Positions 18,281-27,108 of a DNA stretch of 64,000 nt are shown here, one piece after another. Position 1 is the first letter of the stretch. Each line of letters begins with the position of its first letter. Where the stretch lies: the IMG/VR virus record IMGVR_UViG_3300036800_000041, positions 6,724-70,723 of that record. One strand, given 5' to 3'. The notes beneath the pieces are model-generated. The model saw nothing but the letters and a program-made list of their open reading frames with translations, did no database searches and was not told where the DNA came from. The translations under genes and the position numbers were made by a program. The stretch comes from a virus.

Positions 18281-18437
18281 ACATGCGCGGGAATCCTAAA
18301 GCATGCTTTTTCCTGACAATTCGACATGCGCGGGAATCCTAAAGCATGCTTTTTCCTGACAATTCGACATGCGCGGGAATCCTAAAGCATGCTTTTTCCT
18401 GACAATTCGACATGCACGGGAATCCTAAAGCATGCTT
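18281..18437. repeat. 43-bp tandem repeat, about 3.6 copies
   Basis: ACATGCGCGGGAATCCTAAAGCATGCTTTTTCCTGACAATTCG at 18281, 18324 and 18367; partial copy at 18410. Confidence 0.95.
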
Positions 18438-18458
18438 ATTAGCTGAAATGGAAATTGA

Positions 18459-18800
18459 TTACCGTCGACCGGTCGCTGCCCAGCGCTGCCCGCGATCGGC
18501 CGCGTAGAGTATGTTGATTCGACGCGCCAGATCAGGGTCGAGCGCGCTGAGGATTTCGTAGTAGACCTTGCGGCGGATCAGTTCATCACACAGCGCCGCG
18601 ATCCGGCCCGGCGTCGCGCGGGCTGTGTCAGAGCCGGCCACAAAGCCCAACACCAGCACCAGCGAGGCGGTCGGTTGATCGGCGATGTCGGCGGCGATCG
18701 ATCGTACCGTGGTGACCGTTTCGGCGTTCGCGACGATCGATCGATTCGAGCCGTCGGTATATCCCTGCCGGGCGAAGTGCTCAGGGTTGCTGTTCGACAT
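18459..18800 (-). CDS. hypothetical protein
   Basis: MSNSNPEHFARQG...; open frame. Confidence 0.7.
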   Translation of the reverse strand: MSNSNPEHFARQGYTDGSNRSIVANAETVTTVRSIAADIADQPTASLVLVLGFVAGSDTARATPGRIAALCDELIRRKVYYEILSALDPDLARRINILYAADRGQRWAATGRR

Positions 18801-18810
18801 GGTGGTCAGC

Positions 18811-19593
18811 CTATTCCGCGTAGTCGTCAAACGACTCAGGATCGTCATCATCAAGGCGCGCCAGGCAGAGCCGTGTCGAGCCACCGCGCACCTTTTCGAC
18901 GGCGAGCTCATCGAAGATATCCGGCGCAATCTCAGCCAAGTGATCAGCGTCGAATCGCAGGGATCGCAGCCCGATGCTCCAGCTGTCGGTGAAGGTCATC
19001 GGCATGCCATCCCAACCGAATTCGTCGGCGATCCTTTCCAGTAGGCGAACCGTTCGATTCTCGGTCTCGCGCAGCCCGGCGAGACGATCGAACGCGCGGT
19101 GCTTGTAGGCGGCGACGCAACGGTCTAGCGGTGCGCTAGAGCCTGGCACAATCGGCATCTTGGGCATGGGAATTTCCAGTGCATATGACTTCGGCGCGCT
19201 CACCGCTACCCGAGACACAGCCACGCGCGCCGCCTGCCAGGTTTCGGGATACTTGCGCTTGATCGTGTCGCTTTCCACCGTGCGAACCGTGACCAGCGGC
19301 GTTGGTCGACTCATCCGCAGCACGTACTCGCCATCGCTGGTCACCGCGGTGCCGCCGGCGTAGCGGTGCTTGATCTGCTCGAAAACGAGGTCACGCCGTG
19401 CTTTGAGCATTTTCACGGCAACGCGCGTCTGCGCGAGCTCGATCACGCTGGTCATAAACGGGATCGGCTTACCGGCGTGATCGGCCAGCGCCGCGGCAAA
19501 TTCGGCCAGCGTCTCGCTGCGGCGGCCGACGTCGCTGGTCTGCTTGCGCCGTGGGCGATTGATGACAGTCTGGGATTTCATTTGCGCGGTCAT
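18811..19593 (-). CDS. hypothetical protein (basic, possibly nucleic-acid binding)
   Basis: 260-aa ORF, divergent from the HTH gene. Confidence 0.8.
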   Translation of the reverse strand: MTAQMKSQTVINRPRRKQTSDVGRRSETLAEFAAALADHAGKPIPFMTSVIELAQTRVAVKMLKARRDLVFEQIKHRYAGGTAVTSDGEYVLRMSRPTPLVTVRTVESDTIKRKYPETWQAARVAVSRVAVSAPKSYALEIPMPKMPIVPGSSAPLDRCVAAYKHRAFDRLAGLRETENRTVRLLERIADEFGWDGMPMTFTDSWSIGLRSLRFDADHLAEIAPDIFDELAVEKVRGGSTRLCLARLDDDDPESFDDYAE

Positions 19594-19598
19594 GGGGG

Positions 19599-19679
19599 TT
19601 GACCATACCCGCCTTAGTCGGTATTGTCGATGCAGTCAGAAACAAACACAGGCGGGATCGACTCGCCGGGAAGGCCATC
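19599..19679 (+). promoter_or_regulatory. promoter plus leader hairpin plus RBS
   Basis: TTGACC-N17-TATTGT; GGCGGG-ATCGA-CTCGCC; GGAAGG. Confidence 0.7.
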
Positions 19680-19883
19680 ATGGCAACACCGACTATGCGT
19701 TACCTCAGCCGGGCCGAGGTGGCGCGCTATATCGGGCTGAAGAACGCGCACAGCCTATCCAATAATCGAGCACTGCCCGAGCCTGACGTCATGGTGGGAA
19801 ACCGCCGCGGCTGGAGCCACGAAACCATCGACTCCTGGAACGCTGCCCGGCCGGGCAGCGGCCGATGGGGATCACGCGAATGA
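19680..19883 (+). CDS. AlpA/excisionase-like HTH protein
   Basis: YLSRAEVARYIG...LPEPD...RGWSHETIDSWNAARPG. Confidence 0.85.
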   Translation: MATPTMRYLSRAEVARYIGLKNAHSLSNNRALPEPDVMVGNRRGWSHETIDSWNAARPGSGRWGSRE

Positions 19884-19980
19884 CACCGACATGAACGGCG
19901 GTTCTGGCCCCCTCTGCACCGCCCGTGAGCTATAAAGGCTAAACCACAACCACCCGCCCCTCCCACGATCGGGGTTCGCC

Positions 19981-20409
19981 GTGACATCTATTGACCGTAT
20001 CGCCTGTGAAGACAACGCCGTCCGTGTAATGCGTTCGCTCCCAGCCCAGCTCAAGTTCAACATCGCGGCGTGCGCCGCGGTCGATTTGTCCTTTTGGGCG
20101 GATCATCCCGGCGCCGCTCGGCGTGGTCGCTACGTCTGGGCGTTGGACGATCAACGTACCGCCCATATCGTGCATATTTGCGGAGACGCGACCTTTCATG
20201 GAACCGCCGAACACGTCTGTGAACGTGCTGCACTACGCCGCGACGGTAAGCAATCGCACTGGCACGCTAAACCGTTCATCGACACGCACGGACATTCTCA
20301 CACCGTCGGTTATTGCACCACGCGCGGCATCAAGCACAGCTTCATGGGTACTCACGTGCCTGCCTGCGCCGGCGCAATTGATGCCACGCCAGTTCATTTC
20401 GACGTTTGA
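19981..20409 (+). CDS. hypothetical His/Cys-rich protein
   Basis: 142-aa ORF followed by a hairpin at 20415-20457. Confidence 0.65.
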   Translation: MTSIDRIACEDNAVRVMRSLPAQLKFNIAACAAVDLSFWADHPGAARRGRYVWALDDQRTAHIVHICGDATFHGTAEHVCERAALRRDGKQSHWHAKPFIDTHGHSHTVGYCTTRGIKHSFMGTHVPACAGAIDATPVHFDV

Positions 20410-20487
20410 CAGACCGCCGGCCCACGACCGGAGGGGATGCCGATCGTGGGCTGGTTTGCCTGTTCTGTTCATCCTTGCAAGAGAGCT

Positions 20488-21120
20488 ATGACCACAACCA
20501 CGATCGGAGCACATGATATGTCTTCTGGCCTTTTGAACACTGCAAAAGAGGTTGCCCAGTTACCTGACGGCACGCTGATCACCTGGATACCGGTGATGGA
20601 TGATCCCAGCAGTGAGGCTTGTGCGTTTATTCGTAAGACTGATCGTGAGAAATCGCGGCCGGACTCGCGTACTCCCCTTGACGTGTGGCTTGCGCCCGGC
20701 AATGGATGGGCGCCCGAAAGTCTTGACGCATTGGTGTTCCCGGTACGTGTAGTGCTGCTCGGTGTATGGCAGCCAGGTGACTTCATCCCTCTTACGACTT
20801 CGCCGCAGTTGATCGATTTCGGTTCCAATGGTGCCGCGAACAGTTCCGATTTCGTGGCGGAATCGATGCTGGCACCGATATCTGGCGGTACGTATCCGCG
20901 TGACGTCGCGCTGCAGGCGGCGGCCACGCTGTTTAGCCAGCAGCCCAAGGTCAGTGCCCAGCTGGTCACTAGCTTTGCCGAGACATTCGCCATGTGGCTG
21001 ATGGCCGAGCCCGTGACCCGCGCAGCTGACGATGATCAATTCGATCCCGTTCGTCTGGGCGATGTAGATGAAGACGATCCGATCAACAATCCGGTATTCG
21101 ACCCGAATCATCGATTCTGA
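20488..21120 (+). CDS. hypothetical protein
   Basis: ORF in the operon upstream of the polymerase. Confidence 0.75.
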   Translation: MTTTTIGAHDMSSGLLNTAKEVAQLPDGTLITWIPVMDDPSSEACAFIRKTDREKSRPDSRTPLDVWLAPGNGWAPESLDALVFPVRVVLLGVWQPGDFIPLTTSPQLIDFGSNGAANSSDFVAESMLAPISGGTYPRDVALQAAATLFSQQPKVSAQLVTSFAETFAMWLMAEPVTRAADDDQFDPVRLGDVDEDDPINNPVFDPNHRF

Positions 21121-21398
21121 TGTCCGGTGAGCTCCCCCCTTCCAGTCCGAGCCCCGACGTTGTGCCGGGCCTGGCCGCGACACTTGAACGCTGCGGTCTG
21201 GTGATCGGTGAAACGGTTAATCACCTGGTACGCGAGGCATTCACCGAAGGTGTGCGCAACGGCATGGAGATAGCCGCGCTGATCTGCGAAGCTAACATTC
21301 TTGCGTTGACACCCGAGTATGCCAGTTACGCAGAATGTATTGGCCATCTGCGTGACCAGATCCGATTGCAATCGTTGGCCGTTGAGGTTCCGCAATGA
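21120..21398 (+). CDS. hypothetical protein
   Basis: TGATG coupling. Confidence 0.7.
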   Translation: MSGELPPSSPSPDVVPGLAATLERCGLVIGETVNHLVREAFTEGVRNGMEIAALICEANILALTPEYASYAECIGHLRDQIRLQSLAVEVPQ

Positions 21399-21568
21399 AT
21401 CCTGACGACAAAGAACAATTCACACGTCTGGTCACATTGGGTCTCGCGGTTCATTGGACAGCCAACGTTAAGCCCGATGCTGAAGACGTGACGTTCGGCG
21501 ACCTGTTCGGTATCGCGGAACGATTTCGACTCTATATTGAGCACGGCTTGATGGGATGCGTCGACTGA
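21395..21568 (+). CDS. small hypothetical protein
   Basis: ATGA and TGATG coupling at the two ends. Confidence 0.6.
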   Translation: MNPDDKEQFTRLVTLGLAVHWTANVKPDAEDVTFGDLFGIAERFRLYIEHGLMGCVD

Positions 21569-23361
21569 TGAATGTTCCCGACCGCAGCTGGTATGACCCG
21601 GTGCTTGACGCCTACCTGCACACCGGTGATGATGCGTTGGGGTTAGCGCAACAATTCCAATATTGGAACGGGACTCCGGTCGCGATCGATATCGAGACGC
21701 CGGGATTGGCCCGTGCTTTCGAAATTAACTGTGTGACCGCGGCATGGAATCTTGACGGCAAAATTCATGCGATCTTGTTAGATCCGGTTCGTAACGAACA
21801 CCATTTTGATGCTGTCCGTTGGTTGTGTCAGCATGCAGGTCAGCTGATCCTGCACAATGCACCGTTCGATGTGCCGCCATTGGCACATCACAGTCTGATC
21901 AGCCTGGAAATGATCGATAAAATTGTCGATACACTGCTGCTGGCCCGCTTCGCCGAGCCCGACACAATGACCAGCAAAAAGCTGGAGTCATGCGTCAAGC
22001 GTCATCTAGGCATGGACGATTTCGCCGGCGGCATGGCGTTGGCGTTCAAGGCCGCCGGTTACCGCACGATCGCCGACGGCTACGAGGGTATGGACATTGA
22101 ATCGTCCATTTATCGGGTGGGCGCGATGGCTGACACCGTGCAAACACTGCGGCTGGAGCCGATACTGCGGGCCAAAGCGATCGATTGGACGCTCGATCAC
22201 CCGTTCATCGACCACGGCGCCGTGCATCCCAACATGGCCGCGGAAATTCTGTCCAAACAGGAAACTGTCAACCGCGTGATGCTGCGCCGCTCCGCGGTTG
22301 GGCTGGCCGTCGACACGGAGTACCTGACTTTCTATGCCGAGAAAATTGACCAGCAGCGCAACATGCATATCGCCGAGCTCGCCGTTCATGGGCTGGAAGG
22401 GGGTATGGGCAAGGGGGCCGCGCTGGTCCAATATCTATTCGATCGTGGTGAATTGCCGTCAGGATGGCCGCGTACCCGCACCGGCAAATTATCATCCACA
22501 AAAGACGATCTGCAACGTCTTGACCACCCCGCTGCGCAAGCACAACGTCAGCTAGCCGAAACCGACAAGATCATGGGCTATCTGGAAAAGGTTTACCGTC
22601 AGGCCGAAGTGACCGGTCGCTGCCATCCCCAAGTCGGTGTGCTCGGCGCCAGCGCCACTGGACGTATGGCGTACTCATCACCTGAGCTCCAACAGTTTCC
22701 GAAAGATGCCCGGCCGATTATCGCCGATGACGGTCAAGGGCTCACATCGATCGACTGGTCACAGATCGAGCCGGTGACGATGGCGTTGATGGCCAAAGAC
22801 GACATTTTCTTGGCACCTTTCGAGGCCGGGGAGGATTTGTACGAACCGATTCAACGTAGCTGCGGGGTTGATCGTGATCTGGCCAAAGTTGTGCTATTGG
22901 CAACGATGTACGGCCAGGGGCCGCGATCGTTGGGTGCACGTATCGGTCACACCGAAGAATCAGCAGCACAAATTCGCCGGCAGATGCTCGCCGCGATGCC
23001 GCGATCGGGCAAGTGGATGAGCCAGGTTCAGCAGATCGCTGACATTCACGGTCGGATTATCACTGCCGGCGGCCGAATCCTGCCAGTTGACCCTGGTTTT
23101 GGCTACAAGGCGATCAACTTCGTGGTGCAGGGCAGCGCCTATGACGTTCTCGCGCACACGATCTGCGAAATGGACCGGCTTGGCATCGGCGATCACATTC
23201 AGCTGGCGATGCACGATGAAGTGGTGGTCGATACGCAGGTTGCCGAGCAGGTGCAGCAGATCATGATGACGCCGCCGCCGTTCCTGACCGCGTGGGCTGG
23301 CCGCGAGCCGGTACTGCGAACCGATCGTGCCGATATGGGCGCGAGTTGGGCAAAGGTATGA
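21568..23361 (+). CDS. polA: DNA polymerase, family A (3'-5' exonuclease plus polymerase)
   Basis: ExoI DIET, HNAPFD, TGRMAYSSPELQQ; motif A DWSQIE, motif B R..AK......YG, motif C HDE. Confidence 0.95.
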   Translation: MNVPDRSWYDPVLDAYLHTGDDALGLAQQFQYWNGTPVAIDIETPGLARAFEINCVTAAWNLDGKIHAILLDPVRNEHHFDAVRWLCQHAGQLILHNAPFDVPPLAHHSLISLEMIDKIVDTLLLARFAEPDTMTSKKLESCVKRHLGMDDFAGGMALAFKAAGYRTIADGYEGMDIESSIYRVGAMADTVQTLRLEPILRAKAIDWTLDHPFIDHGAVHPNMAAEILSKQETVNRVMLRRSAVGLAVDTEYLTFYAEKIDQQRNMHIAELAVHGLEGGMGKGAALVQYLFDRGELPSGWPRTRTGKLSSTKDDLQRLDHPAAQAQRQLAETDKIMGYLEKVYRQAEVTGRCHPQVGVLGASATGRMAYSSPELQQFPKDARPIIADDGQGLTSIDWSQIEPVTMALMAKDDIFLAPFEAGEDLYEPIQRSCGVDRDLAKVVLLATMYGQGPRSLGARIGHTEESAAQIRRQMLAAMPRSGKWMSQVQQIADIHGRIITAGGRILPVDPGFGYKAINFVVQGSAYDVLAHTICEMDRLGIGDHIQLAMHDEVVVDTQVAEQVQQIMMTPPPFLTAWAGREPVLRTDRADMGASWAKV

Positions 23362-23573
23362 GCCGTCATCGGTGTGGCCTGATCAATGCCAAGTGCTATC
23401 AGCACCGCGCGGTGTTCGGCGATCTGGTTCCCGTCGAGCAATATCGCAACGGTGGCGAAGGTCGTCATCACCGGTCTGGCAATCCATTCGGCCCGGAAAT
23501 TAGCGTTGATCGGCTCCGGCGACACGCAGCCTATGAAGCTTATAAAGCGACCATAACCACGAAAGAAGCCTGA
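23358..23573 (+). CDS. small hypothetical protein
   Basis: ATGA overlap with the polymerase stop. Confidence 0.5.
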   Translation: MSRHRCGLINAKCYQHRAVFGDLVPVEQYRNGGEGRHHRSGNPFGPEISVDRLRRHAAYEAYKATITTKEA

Positions 23574-23576
23574 ATC

Positions 23577-26438
23577 ATGCTCGGTGCCAAACCTTTAGAA
23601 GCCATCCTCGGTAGTGGTGTTGATTCTACTAATCACGATGCGATGCGGTCATTTGTCCGCGCCGCGTGCAGTGAAGGTTTATCGCTGCTGCTGATCCTGC
23701 CCAATTCAAAGCAGCCTGCCGATATGCGCACCCCGCGCCAGCGCACCGCCGATGATAAGGCCGTCCGGCTACAGGCCAAAGAAGCCGGCCGACACGACTG
23801 GGAGCGCGTACGCAGCCCATCGGGCTTGGCACTGGCCAGCACCGATGCAAAGACGGTGCTGAAGTACCTGGACCGCTATTGCGACATGTTCAGCAAGTGG
23901 CACGATCTGACCGACGATGGTGTTCTGGTGGATTTCGACGCCAAGCGCGCCAAGGCCGGCGAAATCGAGATTATCGAGCCGGTCGCGGTCAACCTGGCTG
24001 TCGAGGTCGGTGGATCCGGTCGTGTAGTGGTCGATTGCGACACCCGCGAACAATTGGGGCGGTTCTTAGAGGTCAGCCAAGCGCCGTCCGACATGCCGCC
24101 GACGGTGACCAGTCCCGGTCAGCGCAACGTTGAAGGTGTGTGGGCACACAAGGATGGTGGCCATTTTTGGTTCACTGTGCCCGATGAAGTGATCCCGATA
24201 TTGCCGCGAAACTCCGGCGCGCTGACGTGGGGCGGTGATCACGGCTTCGCGGTGCTGTGGGAGCGGCGCTATGTGCTGATTCCACCATCGTGTCGCCCAG
24301 AGGGCTGTTATGAACTAACCGGCCGTGAATATGAACTGCCGGAATGGCTTTCGGACGCAATTATCGAGCACGGCGAAGCCCGTTTTGAGCGCAGCGTCGG
24401 CAATCGTGAAGCATTCACCGATAGTGACGATGCGTTGAGTAAAGCAATCGACAGTTGGGCCGAATCGGCCAGCTGGGCCGACATTTTGGAGCCGTTGGGC
24501 TGGACGCCGGCGCCGCGGTCCGATGGCTGTGGCTGCGCCGTGTGGAGTGCGCCAGGGCAACATGCCAGTCCGAAGTCAGCTACCGCGCACGATTCCGGTT
24601 GCTCGCTGGGCCGCTACACCGAGGTCAACTGTCCGCTGCACATTTGGACTGACCACGACGCACCGCCCTTCACCGATGACATCGGCACTGAGGGCTGGTC
24701 CCCGACTTTTAGCAAGTTACAGGCCGTTGCACGGATCGACTATGGCGGCAACATCGGTAAAGCAATGGATGAGCTCGGCCTGACGCCCGATCTGGGCATT
24801 GGTGCGGATATGGGCGTCGGGCCGGCCCGCGACATCGGCGACGACGCCGACGTGAGCATGGGCAATCTGCGCGAGGCTGATGACGGTGAAATCGAGACTG
24901 TCGATCGCCTAGCGACTGCACAAGACGGGCGGTTTGACCAGTGGCCTTCCAGCGAATCGCCAGCCGCGCACGAATCTGCATACAACGAAGCTGAGCACGG
25001 TGAAAACTGGTGCGTGCCCTGTGGCACCGGTACGGGAATTTTCGTAACCGATCCCGAGGACGGCAACCTTTATCACGCCGTTGACGATGATGATGCAAGC
25101 GAAAGTGGTCACCTCGCGCAGCCTGTGATCGCGTCCGAGAACGGTGTCGACCACATCTCGGCTGATCAGTTCGACCTTGCCGGCGCACTGCCCGAGCGCG
25201 ATACGAAACGTATCGAGGCGACACAGAACGAATCGCCGTTCGCCGATCGTGTCGATAACGCGGATCCTGACGTGTTCGAATCGGGCATGACCGGCGTGCC
25301 GCGGATCGCGCCGTTCTCCCATTGGCGTGATCTTCCGCCGCCGGAGTTCGTCATCGACGGTCTAATCGAGCATGGCGGTTTCAGCTGCCTGATCGGCCCG
25401 CCCGGCGTCGGCAAGTCGACTGTGGCCCTCGATATGGCCTGCCACATCGCCACCGGTCGACGTTGGCAGGGCAGGCAAACCCTTAAGACGAAAATCATGT
25501 ATATGCCGGGAGAAGGGCTCTCAGGGGCGATTCAGCGGCTCATCGCGTGGTGTGATGCGCGCGGTATCGATGAAAGCGACCTGAGCGAGAATTTACTACT
25601 GGCCGATTCTATTTTGCAGCTCGCCGCCAAAAATGAAGCATGGGCCGAGTTCGGCGCCTATGTCGCGCGCCAGCAGGTCGGGCTGATTATTTTCGACACG
25701 TTTGCCCGTATGTCGTTGCGGCTGGAAGAAAATAGCGCCACCGACGTCGGTCTGGCCGTCGGTCGATTCGACAACGTGCGCAAGCTGACCAACGCAGGCG
25801 TGATGGTCATCCACCACACCGCCAAGGGCCAAGACTTCGCTCGTGGATCTTCGGCGCTCAATGGCGCAATCGAATCTGAGCTGTTGCTCAAGCATGGCGA
25901 ATGGGATTACACGCCGCTGCTGGACGCTGACGGTAAGCTGCCCGGTAGGCCGATTCAGCTGACCACCAGCAAGCAGCGCAACGCCGAGCAGTTGGACGAA
26001 CCATTGCCGCTGATGATGCGGTCGTACCCGCTGCCCGACAGCGACGAATTGACCGCGGCGATCATCACCGGCCCGAACGGTGAAATTGACCCGATGAGCG
26101 GCGAAATCGTGTTGGCACGGCCCGTCGCTGAGCCGTTGGTCGAAACGGCTATACGGATCCGCGAATTTGTCGATCGCTTGCCCCAACAGGGCGCCAGCCG
26201 AAGCGAATTGGTTATCGGAGTGCGCCCTGATCCGTATGCGTTGTCGCGTGCCGACGCTGGAGCTTATTGGAAGCTACGTATCGGTGAAGCGGTCGATAGA
26301 GCGTTGCGATATCGGTTGATCGAGACACTGACCGGCACACCGAGCGGCGGTCGGTACATTCCGTGTTCGCTGGGAACATCCGAGGATGCACGCCAACGTA
26401 CGGCTGACGAAGTGATCAACCAAAACAATCAGGATTGA
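23577..26438 (+). CDS. bifunctional primase-polymerase / RecA-type (AAA_25-like) helicase
   Basis: VVVDCD and GGHFWF (AEP motifs); GPPGVGKS Walker A, IIFDT Walker B, IHHTAK..RGSSAL. Confidence 0.9.
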   Translation: MLGAKPLEAILGSGVDSTNHDAMRSFVRAACSEGLSLLLILPNSKQPADMRTPRQRTADDKAVRLQAKEAGRHDWERVRSPSGLALASTDAKTVLKYLDRYCDMFSKWHDLTDDGVLVDFDAKRAKAGEIEIIEPVAVNLAVEVGGSGRVVVDCDTREQLGRFLEVSQAPSDMPPTVTSPGQRNVEGVWAHKDGGHFWFTVPDEVIPILPRNSGALTWGGDHGFAVLWERRYVLIPPSCRPEGCYELTGREYELPEWLSDAIIEHGEARFERSVGNREAFTDSDDALSKAIDSWAESASWADILEPLGWTPAPRSDGCGCAVWSAPGQHASPKSATAHDSGCSLGRYTEVNCPLHIWTDHDAPPFTDDIGTEGWSPTFSKLQAVARIDYGGNIGKAMDELGLTPDLGIGADMGVGPARDIGDDADVSMGNLREADDGEIETVDRLATAQDGRFDQWPSSESPAAHESAYNEAEHGENWCVPCGTGTGIFVTDPEDGNLYHAVDDDDASESGHLAQPVIASENGVDHISADQFDLAGALPERDTKRIEATQNESPFADRVDNADPDVFESGMTGVPRIAPFSHWRDLPPPEFVIDGLIEHGGFSCLIGPPGVGKSTVALDMACHIATGRRWQGRQTLKTKIMYMPGEGLSGAIQRLIAWCDARGIDESDLSENLLLADSILQLAAKNEAWAEFGAYVARQQVGLIIFDTFARMSLRLEENSATDVGLAVGRFDNVRKLTNAGVMVIHHTAKGQDFARGSSALNGAIESELLLKHGEWDYTPLLDADGKLPGRPIQLTTSKQRNAEQLDEPLPLMMRSYPLPDSDELTAAIITGPNGEIDPMSGEIVLARPVAEPLVETAIRIREFVDRLPQQGASRSELVIGVRPDPYALSRADAGAYWKLRIGEAVDRALRYRLIETLTGTPSGGRYIPCSLGTSEDARQRTADEVINQNNQD

Positions 26439-26499
26439 TCAGTCTTACAGATGGCGTCAGTTATTGGCATTTATCGGTATATGAAACGGAGAACAACAA

Positions 26500-26679
26500 G
26501 TGGCCAAGATTGTCATTACTTACGAATACGAGCCGAACATGGAACATTACCCGGCCGGGACAGAAACCGCAGCTGAGGCTATGAAGATAGATGTTGAACA
26601 GGTTCAAAATGGGTCCGTTTACTGGGATGAGTTCCTAGAGGGAGGATCGGGCAAGATCACCGTTGAAGTGGTCGAGTGA
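26500..26679 (+). CDS. small acidic hypothetical protein (59 aa)
   Basis: GGAG RBS; GTG AKIVITYEYEPN...VEVVE; lower GC; stop abuts a dif-like site. Confidence 0.7.
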   Translation: MAKIVITYEYEPNMEHYPAGTETAAEAMKIDVEQVQNGSVYWDEFLEGGSGKITVEVVE

Positions 26680-26706
26680 TCCGACGTAACGCGGATTATC
26701 GGTAGA
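26679..26706 (-). other. dif-like recombination site, type A
   Basis: Minus strand TCTACCGATAA-TCCGCG-TTACGTCGGAT, canonical 11-6-11 geometry. Confidence 0.7.
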
Positions 26707-26717
26707 GAGGGTAAGGG

Positions 26718-26867
26718 ATGTTTCCATACAGGATCATTCAGCAGGCGGCTGAGGAATGGTTTGACCCGGAGGGGATTCTCCCTGGTGAGGCGTCTACCGA
26801 ACTCTTCGCGCAATTCCTACTCGCGAAACTCGGGGAGCACGGATTCGCCATCACCGAGGCGACATAA
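26718..26867 (+). CDS. small hypothetical protein (49 aa)
   Basis: MFPYRIIQQAAEEWFDPEG...AITEAT; TAA within the next dif-like site. Confidence 0.65.
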   Translation: MFPYRIIQQAAEEWFDPEGILPGEASTELFAQFLLAKLGEHGFAITEAT

Positions 26868-26886
26868 GGCCCGGGTTATCGGCGAA
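26857..26886 (-). other. dif-like recombination site, type B
   Basis: Minus strand TTCGCCGATAA-CCCGGGCC-TTATGTCGCCT (8-bp spacer). Confidence 0.65.
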
Positions 26887-27108
26887 ATCTCGATCAAAAT
26901 TCCCCAAAAAATTTTTTCGTTAAATCGCCAGATATTTCAGTCCACAATCAGATTCGGAACACGCTATGGTCTGAAGCTAGACAAACCCGTCGAAGTCGGA
27001 CTACAGTGTGAACCAGTCAGTGAGCCGGGGACAGCCCCCTAGCTTGGCCCGGCTCACCGACCACCACGCACCCGTATACGCTCACTACAACTCTGAAAGC
27101 ATCTGCAC

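Noticed and set aside
18148-18437. CRISPR array
   Set aside because: Repeats are contiguous with no unique spacers; the only Cas-like gene is a standalone Cas4-like phage exonuclease 12 kb away.
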